Part shown: positions 51,698-64,000 of the stretch, piece by piece | Numbering within the stretch: position 1 is the stretch's first letter | Layout: each line of letters begins with the position of its first letter | Assembly: GCF_006345805.1 (NCBI RefSeq) | Contig: NC_043014.1 | Location: 35,402,001 to 35,466,000 of the forward strand | DNA: 64,000 bases | DNA from: Octopus sinensis | Lineage: Eukaryota | Direction of reading: 5' to 3' | Notes under the pieces: generated by a model | Told to the model about the DNA's origin: nothing | The model's database searches: none | The model's input: only the letters and a program-made list of their open reading frames with translations | Translations under genes and position numbers: made by a program

Positions 51698-52097
51698 TCT
51701 CTCTATATATAAACGGCAGTTTGTCTGTCTGTGTGTCTGTGTGGCTGTCAGGTTGTACCCTCACCCTGACCACGGCTTAAACCGATTCTGATGAAACTTG
51801 ACACACACATAGCCCCAATGTCATAATTCAAAACTAACGCAGCGAAAATTTTGAAAAGTTCCCCCCGTCTGAAAAATCGATAAATTCGACATGGAGTCGA
51901 GATCTAAGCTTTTTTTATATGCCACATTTTCTGTCGGAGACAGCTAGGAACATCGTATACATAGAAGTATTCGAGTGAAGTGAAGACATTGCAACCTACA
52001 CATGCGCCTTCGTTCCCAGAGAAAGAACTAGATTGGAATTAGTCGTTGCCTACTAGGGGCTCTTACACACCCGGGCAACGCCGGGCTATGCTGCTAG
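51698..52097 (+). mobile_element. Non-autonomous Helitron
   Basis: A|TCTCTCTATATATAAACGGCAG ... CCCGGGCAACGCCGGG hairpin ... CTAG|T. Confidence 0.88.
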
Positions 52098-52294
52098 TCT
52101 TCCATAACTAAACGTTTAGTTTTTGAGGATATTCTAAGGAAGATCTTTTTCTTTTTAACATGTAATATTCTCTGTGTGTATGTATGTGTGTGTATGCCCA
52201 TACGTGTGATTACGTGGGTATTTGAGATGTGTGTGAGTGCATATTTTTATGTGTGTGTGTGTTATAATCTGCTACATAAGCTTTTCACTCTAGA

Positions 52295-52530
52295 TCAGTG
52301 GTTCTCAACCATTTTTGGCTATGGACCCCATTTGGTTCCTATTTTACTCTACTGGACCCTCCACCCCACTAAAAAAACATTCGATGTTTAAAAACGCCCC
52401 ATATATCTTTATAATTAAATATTATTAAGAATTAATTGTATTTTTTGTAAATGTTAACATATTTTCTGTAGTGTAGACGTATAATTAGTTTATTGTTCAT
52501 AAATCTTAACAGTAAAATATTATTAGATCA
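52295..52530. mobile_element. hAT-type MITE fragment
   Basis: CTCTAGAT|CAGTGGTTCTCAACC...GGACCCC. The other end is not evident. Confidence 0.55.
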
Positions 52531-53449
52531 ACTGGCGGAAGATGGGTGATTGTGCTAGCTTGGATGATGTAATAAATTGCATATTACGTAAATTAGGATG
52601 CGTTCCAGGCTTCCAGTAATTAATGATTTTTTCAATAAAACCAAGTTAACATAAGTTCTACTCATAAACATATCAATTTGTTATTTCAAAATGTAAAACA
52701 AATAACAAATAAGTAACAAAGTATTATCTGAATTATCCTATATACTAAGCAAAAAGCCTTGTTGTCTGTCCTCTACGCTACTTGAGTTTTGGTGTACCCG
52801 GTTAGTTAGTGACTCCTTGGCTGTTGGGCAAGATAATTTGTATCTACAGCTACACACAGATGATGTTTTGGAACAGCTGTTGTCCACTAAACTGAATATT
52901 TTTTGCAGACAAACGGTGGGATAAAATGAAATGTGAAAGCCAACTTGCAGGATTTAAACTCGGTCATTAATTAACGAAATTAATTATTACTCAGTGCATT
53001 ACTATCTATGCCACTCTTACAGACCAGATAATAATAATATCACAAGAAATTGCATTAAGATAATTGCAATAATAAAGGTTTCAAATCTGGCAAAGTTCAG
53101 TAATTTTAGGGTGTGAAGGTGGTTGCTTGATTATGTATTTTATGGTTTAATTTTGGATGTTCTCGAAATGACTAAAGATTGAAGTTTCATATATATTTGG
53201 GAGGATTACTAAAGTTTGTTCATCAGTTGTCACTAGTCGTGTTCATGCAACGCCTTACAAGAAGCAAATAACTTCTATAAATGTTTCCTAGCGCAGTACA
53301 GCAAGCGAACTTGCTACTTAAAACATAGGCCTATAAAGTGGGCACGTCGCAAATGATCGGAACGGAACTCGTTAATGCAATTCTTACAATGTTATTGTGT
53401 GAACCACGTTCAGCAATGGTACTTGATGCAATATTATTTCTGCGATGAG

Positions 53450-53620
53450 GGCGGCGAGCTGGCTGAAACGTTAGCACGCCGGACAAAAGGCGAGGTCGAC
53501 TTTGCCTTTCATCCTTTCGGGGTTGATAAATTAAGTGCCAGTTCAGCGCTGGAGTCGATGTAATCGACCTACCTTTCTCCCACGAACTTGCTGGCCTTGT
53601 GCCAAAATTTTAAACCAATA
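53450..53620 (+). mobile_element. Internally deleted family C SINE
   Basis: Head joined directly to GAGGTCGACTTTGCCTTTCATCC. Confidence 0.8.
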
Positions 53621-54807
53621 TAATTCCTGCGATGATAATTCTGAAGATCGTCTTGTTTGAAGGACGTACAACTTAAACTGTGAACACAGAATCGTTTACT
53701 GTGCCTTTCTTCCTTCCTTTTGCGCCTAAGAATTTCTCAATAAGATTCTAAGACTTCAATTAAACACCTCTTTATAAAGTTATTTCGCTTCCAGTTATGG
53801 TCCATTTACCTAACATTCGTCAATAAAAAAGCTTAGCATGAGCAATAAATCGCTTATAGCATGTTTTTATTATCCTCACAATATACTCCGACTCATTTTT
53901 GTTCTTGTCTTCCTTTCTTTATGTGTTCAGGTGTTCTGCCAAATCTGCTAATTCCTCGGAAAGCCTATTTCTTCTCCTTTCTTATCAACAGTAAATTCCA
54001 ATAAGTCACATTCCGCATATTCCGTAATCACATCCAACCCAGCCTTTTCCACCAACTTTGAAACTTCTTAAATGACTTTCGAGTTCCCCTCCACCAACCC
54101 AACACATTCAATGCCGGTCACTGACACGAGTAGAAATTCCTTCCAAATTGCATATAAGCGGTTTGCAAAGGAAGTGTTTCCATATGATATGAATATAATG
54201 GACATCATTCAAAATGTTAAATGATCGACAGATGTTTTGATGTTATATCCGGCTTTGTGTTTAAGACATTGATCATTTGTATAGGATTCCTGCAGGGAAT
54301 ACTCTTTGATGTCTTGGTCAATCTGCTATAAAACGAGTTTGGACGCATCTTTCATTTATTTTTTTTACTTGTTTCAGTCGTTGGACTGCGGTCATGCTGG
54401 GCCATTCCATTGAAGGATTTAGTCGAACAGATCAATTTTAGTACTTATTTTTGAAGTCTGTTATGTATTGTATGGGTATCTTTTGTTGTACCGCTAAGTT
54501 ACAGGGTCGTAAACAAACCAACACCAGTTGTCAAGCGGTGAGGGGAGCAGACACAGACACGCACACATGCACACATACACACAGACGCGTGTGTCCGTGC
54601 GTGTGCGTGCGTGTGTGTGTGTATAGTTTACTGTTCCTTTATTGGTAGGATTACAAAATTTAGTGAGGCATAACCATGGTTTAATATACACGGTTAAATA
54701 CGAACTACTATTAGTTTCATGGTATTGAAATACAATAAATCTCCCGAGGTTTTGTGATTCCACAGCATGAAACAAATAGCACGTCGTGTGTTTAAACGCT
54801 GCGTGTG

Positions 54808-54877
<70 letters not shown>

Positions 54878-55017
54878 TGTGTTTGTGCACGCGCGCATGT
54901 ATGTATGTATGTATGTATGTATGTATGTATGTATGTATGTATGTATGTATGTTTGTAAGTATGTATGCAACGGGCTTCTTTCAGCTCCCTTCAAGCATAT
55001 CCACTAATAAGGCTTTT

Positions 55018-55474
55018 ATTAAGCGACTAGAATCCTTCAATCACCTCTGTCTACGCCGCATCCTTCGTGTCCGATGGCATCACTTTGTCTCCAACAATTC
55101 GGTGCGACACCAGTGCAAAATCACCTTCCTCCGACAAGTCATCCTAATGAGACGTCTGCGTTGTCTGGGTCATGCCCTCCGTCGTCAACTAAAATTTCAT
55201 CTACGAAGCAATTGCCCCAGCTCCCCTTCAGGGTTGGCTAAAGCGATGTGGTGGACAACGAAAAACCTGGCTGAAGACAGTCAAGGCTGATCTGGAACCC
55301 AACCTAGGCCCCCATTTCTACTGCGTTCGCCGCTGGAATAAGGAGTTGTTGGAGATCACGCGGTCGTTAGCCTCAAATCGCCAGGTCTGGTCGGCGTTTG
55401 TTAGAGATGCAGCATTGAGGATGAATGAAGCCAGCTCAACCCACCCCGGGTGAATACTGTCTCAAGAAGAGAGA
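55018..55474 (+). mobile_element. 5'-truncated RTE-like LINE 3' end inserted in a family B SINE (54968-55580)
   Basis: RLESFNHLCLRRILRVRW...MRRLRCLGHALR, then RCGGQRKTWLKTVKADL...ASNRQVWSAFVRD. SINE halves on both sides. Confidence 0.85.
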
Positions 55475-55829
55475 CGGCCCGGAGTATAGTAAAGACACTT
55501 GTCCAAAGTGCGCTGCAGTGTGACTGAACCAGGAACTATGCATTTTGGAAACAAACTTCTTACTACACAGCCACGCCCATAAACTATTTTCACTTTAAGC
55601 TTTGTTTGAACTATATCAAGATTTGAAAGATGACCACGAGCGACGCCTAACAGACATCACTGGATGATAAATATTTCCATAGCGGAGGTATGTACTGAAT
55701 ATTGTACACAGTAATTTTATCTTTTTATTTTCCATTACTGACAGAGAAAAAAAAACTAGGCAATGATTATCAACTCTGTATGAGAAAGGAGATAATTTCA
55801 CGAAATTAAGAATAAATTCAAATGAATTG

Positions 55830-56056
55830 CAGTAATCCTCCGACTATCGCGGATGTTACGTTCCAAAACCTCCCGCGATAGGTGAAAATCCGCGAAGTAG
55901 ATACAGTACTGTACAGTATGTATATTTCTTCTTATTATTATTATAATTTGTATACATTTATTTTATTATAAATGCAAATCAACACCACGGAGGAATCGAC
56001 GTAAGTTTAAATAACAAGCCACGTTAGGTGAACCGCGATATGGCGTGGGATTACTG
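55830..56056. mobile_element. Tigger/pogo-like MITE
   Basis: CAGTAATCCTCCGACTATCGCGG / CCGCGATATGGCGTGGGATTACTG|TA inverted termini. Confidence 0.8.
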
Positions 56057-56688
56057 TACATGCTTAGGAGAAAGGGATAATCTGTTTCAGAGACTTGTAT
56101 AAAAACTGTACGTTGACATTGACTTGCAGATTCGTTATCGCACCAGATAAAATGCTTAGTGGCATTTCGTCCGTTTGAGTTCAAATGCTGCTGGGGTCCA
56201 CTCTGGCTTTCATCATTTCGGGATCGAAAAAATAAGCACCAGTTGAGAACAAGGGTCGATGTAATCGACTAGCCACTACTCGCGAAATTTCTGGCCTAGT
56301 GCCAAAATTTGAAGCAGATATTAGAACAGCAAAGATATAATCCAATTGAAAAGTATGGAAGAGGTTTTAAAAAATCTGAAAAATTTGAATGACATGCCAA
56401 TAATAATTATCTGAACTGTCGGTTTGGCAATGCTCTGATAGAAAAGGATAAAGAATCTTAGGCATATTTAGTAAAATTCCCGCTATCGGTCCCCACTTGG
56501 AAACATGAATAAACTACTGTTCGTGCTAAATACTAATGGACTGCTATGTCACGTGTGCAGTGAGCGTATCATGTAGCTTGAACGAAGTATATCTCGCATT
56601 GGCCATTTTTAGTAGAATTCTTTAAGGACTGAATACCTTGGGAGTACATCAACTCAAAAAAATCTAATTAAAGATATCTAAATATAGG

Positions 56689-56848
56689 AATTTAATCACG
56701 TGCCAGTGGCACAAAAGTGTGTTTGTGTGTGTATGGATACATACGTCTGTGTTATATATAGAAATACAATACATTTGTGTGTGAATGCGTACGCGCATGT
56801 ATATATATATATGTGTGTGTGTATACATATATACATACATATATACAT

Positions 56849-56902
<54 letters not shown>

Positions 56903-58169
56903 TACATACATACACACACATACACAAACATGCACACACGCACATATTTACACCACTTCTGTAATTAGAAATCAAAATCTCCCCAGAGCCAGTTTTCGTT
57001 CTTGTCCGACAGTAGTAGAAGGCTACGTATCTGTTTGTTGTGGATTGCTTCAATTTTTATTTCCCATTTTACCGAGTGGTCACTGTAGAGAATGGAGGAA
57101 TGAAAAATAATACTGATGCGTACGAATTTCACCGTGTTTTTCTTGCTCGGTATTTTAAAAATTTTACCACTTCATTTGATGAAAAAATATTCCGTTTTGG
57201 AGCCTTTACAAATAAGAGACTGTGGAGTTATCTGGAATCACCTCTATTATCTTCAGGTCTGATTTAATGATAATATATTTTGCTTGTATCTTGTTGACAC
57301 CTCGAGAGCAAGATTACATCTAAAACAACAAGCGGGCACGCCCCTGAAACTAATAATGAACAAAACGCGAGTTACATAAGATACAAACGTTTTATTAAAA
57401 GAAAAATTCAGAAAGCAGACGATAACGTTTGTAGCAACAAAAACAACTACACCAACAATAACAACATTGGCTTTTGCTAGGCTAAATCATAAACGAAAAC
57501 ATCTTTGTTAGCACAATTTTTCCACTGTTATGTGTTTAATAGAAAAACAAGACGTAAGTGAATGTAGGCAAAAATAAATGGCTTGGGAAAAACTAAGTAT
57601 GACCACACCGACTCTCCATCAAAGAATTGGCGGGAAGGTCGTATATGTTTATTTAAAATGGCGATGGCATTCAGCTGCTTTCAAAGCATAAGATGTATGA
57701 GACATTATGAAACATGTAGCGTAAAACACTGGCTATCCAGGGAGCAAAGCTTAATGGACTCTCTTTAGGACCAAGGATAGATCGAAAATACACGCTGAAA
57801 TTAAAAGACAAATACCTGCTCTCAGTAACTTTGGCCAAAAATTTCCAAATATGACGGACGAGTAGAGACGTCAACTATGATAGTGACCTCCGTCTCATAG
57901 TCACCCATGTTTCGGAATATTTATGGTTAATCAGTAAAGACGTGACAAGAGAATATATTTACTTGGTGAGAGCTGTTCCAAATTTAATCACGTGCCAGTG
58001 GAACGAAAGTGTGTTTGTGTGTGTATGGATACATACAGAAATACAATATAGAAATAGAAATATATAGAAATACAATACATTTGTGTGTGATTGCGCACGC
58101 GCATGTATATATATATATATGTGTGTGTGTGTATGTATGTATGTATGTATGCATATACACCTATATATA

Positions 58170-58200
<31 letters not shown>

Positions 58201-58272
58201 GCATACATACACATACACAAACATGCACACACGCACATATTTACACAACTCATGTAATTATAAATCAAAATT
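56689..58272 (+). repeat. Direct repeat pair of ~290 bp (56689-56979 and 57981-58271)
   Basis: Both begin AATTTAATCACGTGCCAGTGG and end TGTAATTA.AAATCAAAAT. Confidence 0.92.
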
Positions 58273-59399
58273 AAGAAAGAAAAATCGAGGGGCATAAAAC
58301 TGGAAGCACAAGACAAAAGATTGCAATTACAGTAGCTATAGAATCAAGCGCCACATGGGGATCTTTTGCTCTGAAGAGTAGAAGTGTACATGAGAGCAGA
58401 GAGCACCATACCCCAATAGCAGGAGTGTTATCAGTTGCACTTCTTGTATTATGAGCAGGGGCATTATAAAGTCCTTGTGCAATTTTAAATCTGTATACAT
58501 TTAGTTCGTTCTTTTTCTGGTTTGTTGTTGTTTTTACTTCTAGGTCTGCAAGAAGGGCAACGCCCATGTCCTTCGCAGAAACTCCGAGTCAGGCGATAAC
58601 GATGCCGCACTATTTGTTGCAACTCCGAAAGTGGCAAGAAAAACTCTGCATTCTGTTGCAGAGTAGAACGATAACAAAGTTTTTCTTTTGAGCAGCACTA
58701 CTCACGGCACTGAAATGAACAAAAGACAGGTGAAGAGCAAAAGGAAACTTCTTTGGAAAGCACTTATGGAACAAATAAGGGGTAAAAAAAAGAGACCTTA
58801 AGAAGGGGAACCAACCAAAGTGTGGGAGGAACTAAGAAAATCAAGACGCAGTCTAATGAAACCGTTATGGTCTTTAACAGTACCGCACATAGAAAATGAA
58901 CCACCAATGGATAGGCTTAACAAATTACAGAAACAACTTTGAAACGTGTGAATACGGGAAAAATGTATTATCCTGGGGGAAGCAGAAAGCAGGAGAAGAA
59001 AAGGTTAATAAACGGTAAATGAAGAATATTGCTAAAGTTATGTGCTTACTTCTAAAAATAGCTATGCCTACTGGGAGTAACCGAATGTAGGAAAGGCTAA
59101 AGTGCGTCAAACCTTGTGCCTAATCTGGTGAATGGTGTAGGTCGTCTTCCAATTCGATAACGAAAACTCATTAGTGAAGCATACATCGTGTAAAAATCTC
59201 TGATCTCGAGTTTAGAAGATTGTTGTAGTTCTTCGCTCAAATAAGACTATATGTTCTTTCAGTTATGCAGAGCTTGCACTTTTATTAGCCGTTAATGTGT
59301 GGCCTAGATCTCTCTCCAACTTGATGGTGTGTGTGTGTGTGTGTGTGATACACTGCGGTTCTACACGTTTCAGAAATGGCTTGCTAGTTTTGTCCTTTT

Positions 59400-60085
59400 C
59401 TTTTTCTCTACATGCTTGACAAAAGACTGATGATTGACAGATCTCTTTTTGAAGCCACTTTCGCACAGGTCACTATTTTTTCGGTCCCTTTACTTGTCGG
59501 GATAAAGATGATCTCAGCTTCGTAAACTGTTGAGGTGATCATGCATGCCAGGTCTAGTGGAAAGTGTGTAGGTTCTTGAAATTTGGAATGAACATTGATT
59601 GGCATATCTGAAACTTTCGACAAGTTTCTGTTATCGAACTAAAACACGGCCCCTTAACCTATCAGACTTTAATGCATTTTCCTTCCATTCAACTAGTGCC
59701 AGTAGACTGTTTCTTCTCAATAAGGATGATTGATAACCAATCTTCACAAAGTATATATACAACTTCAAGTGGAATTGGACGTCATAAGAGAGACAGCATA
59801 GCAACGGTTTTGGCTGACTGTCATCCTGTACTCCCCTTGCTGCTAGTGTAATGGTATGTGCCGGCTCTCCGAGCAACTGGTTGATTTTAATGGCGGAACA
59901 AACTGGACAAAAAGATTACAAGAAAAGCGATTCTCACCTTGAAACCAACTATTTTGAAAATCTTTTAAGATTACGGAACGCCCTGCTCTCTCATGTATCC
60001 ACGTTTAAAATTTTAGCGCGATCAAATGAACAATGCTCGGGTGATAAACGCACAAACAGACAGACAGAACGGATTATATATAAAT
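59400..60085 (-). mobile_element. Possible internally deleted Helitron with relic PIF1-helicase C-terminus
   Basis: Minus-strand start TATATATAATCCGTTCTGTCTGTCTGT resembles the other Helitron 5' ends. Relic motifs H.KL...KIG....LLRRN and SDMP....KF....FPL.LA.MIT. Confidence 0.4.
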
Positions 60086-60093
60086 ATATATAT

Positions 60094-60490
60094 ACTCTTT
60101 TACTCTTTTACTCTTTTACTTGTTTCAGTCATTTGACTGCGGCCATGCTGGAGCACCGCCTTTAATCGAGCAACTCGACCTCGGGACTTATTCTTTTGTA
60201 AGCCCAGTAATTATTCTATCGGTCTCTTTTGCCGAACCGCTAAGTAACGGGGACGTAAACACACCAGCATCGGTTGCCAAGCAATGCTAGGGGGACAAAC
60301 ACAGACACACACATATATATATATACATATATACGACAGGCTTCTTTCAGTTTCCGTCTACCAAATCCACTCACAAGGCATTGGTTGGCTCGGGGCTATA
60401 GCAGAAGACACTTGCCCAAGATGCCACGCAGTGGGACTGAACCCGGAACCATGTGGTTGGTTAGCAAGCTACTTACCACACAGCCACTCC
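60094..60490 (-). mobile_element. Near full-length SINE, family B
   Basis: Close reverse complement of 11898-12310. Confidence 0.92.
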
Positions 60491-60505
60491 ATATATATAT
60501 GTATA

Positions 60506-60541
<36 letters not shown>

Positions 60542-60560
60542 TGTATGTATATTTATACAG

Positions 60561-60595
<35 letters not shown>

Positions 60596-60620
60596 ACATA
60601 TGTATATATATATATATATA

Positions 60621-60905
60621 TATTAAGAAAAAAGTCGTCAGAATTTTGGAAAAACATCTATTTTATTTCTTCATTATTATTAGCATTTTCGTTCCTTTCT
60701 TGAACTTGTCAAATAAAATTTTGTGAATGTACAAACACCTCGTTCATTTATATAAAACAGATGGGGGTTTTTTTTTGGGGGGGGGGTGTTTTGAAGAGAA
60801 TATTGTTTTTTATTTGACAAGTTCGAGAATGGAGCGAAAGCGCTAATAATAATGAAGAAATAAAAAGATTTTTTTTCCAAAATTCTGACGACTTTTTTCT
60901 CAATA
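60621..60905. repeat. Foldback with ~98-bp arms and ~90-bp spacer
   Basis: AAAAAAGTCGTCAGAATTTTGGAAAAA...GAACTTGTCAAATAAAA is inverted at 60808-60905. Confidence 0.9.
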
Positions 60906-61145
60906 TTCAATTTCTGTACATCACACCTAACACTCTATGCATTTCATATATAACGCGTTTACAAAGGAATGCAGGCTCGAATCCCACGCGTACGCGAAAG
61001 CCTACGTTTAGTTTTGTCGAGGATTTATATGCCCCATTATTAGACTATTTTGCTTAATTATTTGCACGGTGATCGCTATAAGCTTTAAGCTTATACAAAA
61101 AATTCCATTATTGTTATTTACATAATTGTAAAACTCGACCCCGCT

Positions 61146-61185
<40 letters not shown>

Positions 61186-61412
61186 TATCAAATCATATCA
61201 TATCATATCATATCATATATCATATATAACTTAGAAGTGGTATTGTATTAAATCGATCGCAGTTCTTGACGGGTATTTTATTTTATTTCACCTTAGAAAG
61301 TGAAGTCGGTCAAAGCTTTTTTAAACCTAGTGCAGTGAAGGTAACTAAATACGGCGTGGCATTTTCGTCCGGCACCCTTACGTTTCAGTGATACTTCTGT
61401 ACCCTTGCTATA

Positions 61413-61794
61413 TCTCTCTATATATAAACGGCAGTTTGTCTGTGCGTGTTTCTGTGTGTCTGTTTTCTTGTACCCTCACCCTGACCACGGCTTTCAACCG
61501 ATTCTGATGAAACTTGACACACACATAGCCCAATGTCATAATTCAAAACTAACGCAGCGACAATTTTGAAAAGTTCCCCCAGTTCTGAAAAAAATCGATA
61601 AATTCGACATGGGGTCGAGAATCAGAAACACAAACCGCAAACTGTCTAGGGGACGCAACTCCACCTTTTTTAACTAAAAAAAAATTTACCATCATTTTTT
61701 TCCATCTTTTTGCTATTTTTTGGCTATAACTCTCTAAAAATGCTTTATAGTTATTTCCCTTACAAACCTGAGCAACGCCGGGCGATACTGCTAG
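61413..61794 (+). mobile_element. Non-autonomous Helitron (same 5' half as 51698-52097)
   Basis: A|TC start, CCTGAGCAACGCCGGG hairpin, CTAG|T end. Confidence 0.88.
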
Positions 61795-62374
61795 TCTTAT
61801 AATAATAGGATCATTATAGATTGAAAGTAAAAGAGATAGCTGAGGTATTAGATGGAGATAGATAAGAAAGCACAAACAAGATTCCAGGTGTCAAACAATT
61901 ACACATACTCAGATAAACACACACATACAATTTTTATGTATCCATCTCACACACGTACATATACTATCACACATACACATAAATACATGCACATACACTC
62001 ACACTCCTCCCACACACACACACACGCACACACACATATTATCACATACACAGATATACCCAAACCCCCGCTCACTCATTTCTACTTGAACACTCTCCTT
62101 CGTACACCTTCACGTGTGGATACACACACACACACAACACATTAGATTATAGCAGTAATATTACGCGGCATAGCACACATTTTTGGTTGGATCCACTTTC
62201 TCCAAAACAAAATTTTATCTCTTAAGCTTGCTCACATTCTTAAAACAACACATCTACCTGCCGTACCTTACACCAGATGGCTCTGCTTGTTGCATTCTTT
62301 AAAACAAAATTCACCAAAGTTTCTTTATTATTATTATGCTTCCTTTCTTTCTTTATCTTGATGTATGAATTTAT

Positions 62375-62594
62375 TTATATTATTATTATTATTATTATTG
62401 TTGTTGTTGTTGTTGTTGTTGTTGTGTTGTTGTTGCTATTATTATTATTGGTGTTATTATTATCATCATTACGATTATTATCATTATCATTATCATTATT
62501 ATCATTATCATCATTATCTTTATTATCATTATCAACATCACCATCATCATCATCATCATCATCGTCATCATCGTCATCATCATCATCATCATCA

Positions 62595-62633
<39 letters not shown>

Positions 62634-62647
62634 TATTATTATTATGA
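62375..62647. repeat. Compound trinucleotide microsatellite (ATT/GTT/ATC)
   Basis: Directly visible. Confidence 0.95.
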
Positions 62648-63109
62648 TCGGGGAAGAATCATTGAAGCCCTTTTTTGTATGTATGCTACAAGAAGTAGGG
62701 ATAGGGTGGCTAAACCCTTTATAACTAACCTCCTACCTCTCATTCTCTGTTTTTCTCTGTTTTCCCCTCACTTCAATGAGGTAAGCGCTGCTTACTCGAT
62801 CGCTCTGCTAGAAATATCAGCCAAACCACCCTAAAATTACATCCTTGCAGTCGGATAAAGAGATAGTAGGTGTAGGTGTTTTGTACCTATATGCAAAGAC
62901 GAGATGTTTACGACTGGAAAGTCTTTGATCACAGGGTAGAGCTGTTGTGAGGTTAATGAACAACAACAAGAATAGCAACTTCGTCACGCTCTTGTATTAT
63001 GTGCACGAGGGAATTGTTGCTATACAGATATAAATGCATACATACATACATACATACATACATACATACATACATACATACATACATACATACTTACAGA
63101 CAGAGACAC

Positions 63110-63203
<94 letters not shown>

Positions 63204-63597
63204 TTACACACACGTGCATATATACATGTGTGGCATAGCTCACTACGCTACGACGTGGGACTTGGGTTCGATTTCACGACGTAGCATTTTTGGTGAATGT
63301 TATCTTGTGTACCTTCCGTTTCACTGATATCGTGTGATTGAAATTCAGCTAACAGAAACTTTATAGTAGTAGACCATCGAGTTGACTTTTTTTTTTCTTT
63401 TAAAAGGTTATAGCCTTGTCACGCTTACCTGAGAACTACGTTAAGGGCACACGTGTTTGTGGAATACTCAGGGACACGTTAAATCAGGAGCAAATAATTC
63501 AGTTAATCGAAGAACAGTATCCTCATCGACAAACGACGGAGATCTACCATATGTTTTTTTGTGTGCGAGAGAGAGCGACAGATCGTGTGTGCATGTG

Positions 63598-63651
<54 letters not shown>

Positions 63652-64000
63652 CATATTTATGTATGTGTGTGTGAGAGAGAGAGTATGTGTATGCGAGTCT
63701 ATGTACGCACGCGTCAGAAAGACCGTGCCTGTGTATGTATGCGTGAGACAGAGAGAAAAAGAGTGGAAGCTAGAGAGAGAGGAAGGGAGAGAGAAAGGAA
63801 GGGAGAGAGAGGGGAAAGGAGAGAGAGAGAGGGAAAAGGAGAGAGAGAGGAATGGAGAGAGAGGAAGCGAGAGAGAGAGAGGAAGGGAGAGAGAGGAATT
63901 GTGTATGTGTGTGTGGGGGTTGTATTTGTATACATGTGCAGGATTCTTCATACGTCGTCTACCTCTCATATTCATAAAATAATGTAAAGAGCGCAGCAAT

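Noticed and set aside
56689-58272. LTR retrotransposon or TRIM
   Set aside because: The direct repeats lack TG...CA ends, TSD, PBS and PPT.

Overview
This is AT-rich, microsatellite-saturated eukaryotic DNA with one 100-N scaffold gap (7802-7901). The SINE repertoire looks like that of an Octopus (cephalopod) genome; this is inferred from recalled repeat families, not from a search. I find no credible host protein-coding exon, rRNA, intact tRNA or CRISPR array, and nearly all ORF-track entries are translations of simple repeats. The window is mostly decayed transposons. These include three groups of tRNA-derived SINEs, RTE, CR1-like and Penelope retroelement fragments, a solo LTR, and a hAT transposase relic. 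It also holds two mariner relics, a probable Chapaev3 relic, non-autonomous Helitrons and several MITE/foldback elements. The most notable signal is about 10 minimal type-I hammerhead-ribozyme-like motifs from 5-6 unrelated short repeat families. All have a palindromic or near-palindromic helix III, nearly all sit in ~150-200 bp cassettes abutting (TA)n tracts, and most carry non-canonical core bases. A second notable signal is four head-to-tail SINE multimers, each bounded by a single target-site duplication (TSD) and sharing recurrent internal junctions, suggesting self-targeted insertion or multimeric mobilisation. Other signals are a circularly permuted local duplication and module-swapping among SINEs. 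All coordinates and alignments were read by eye.
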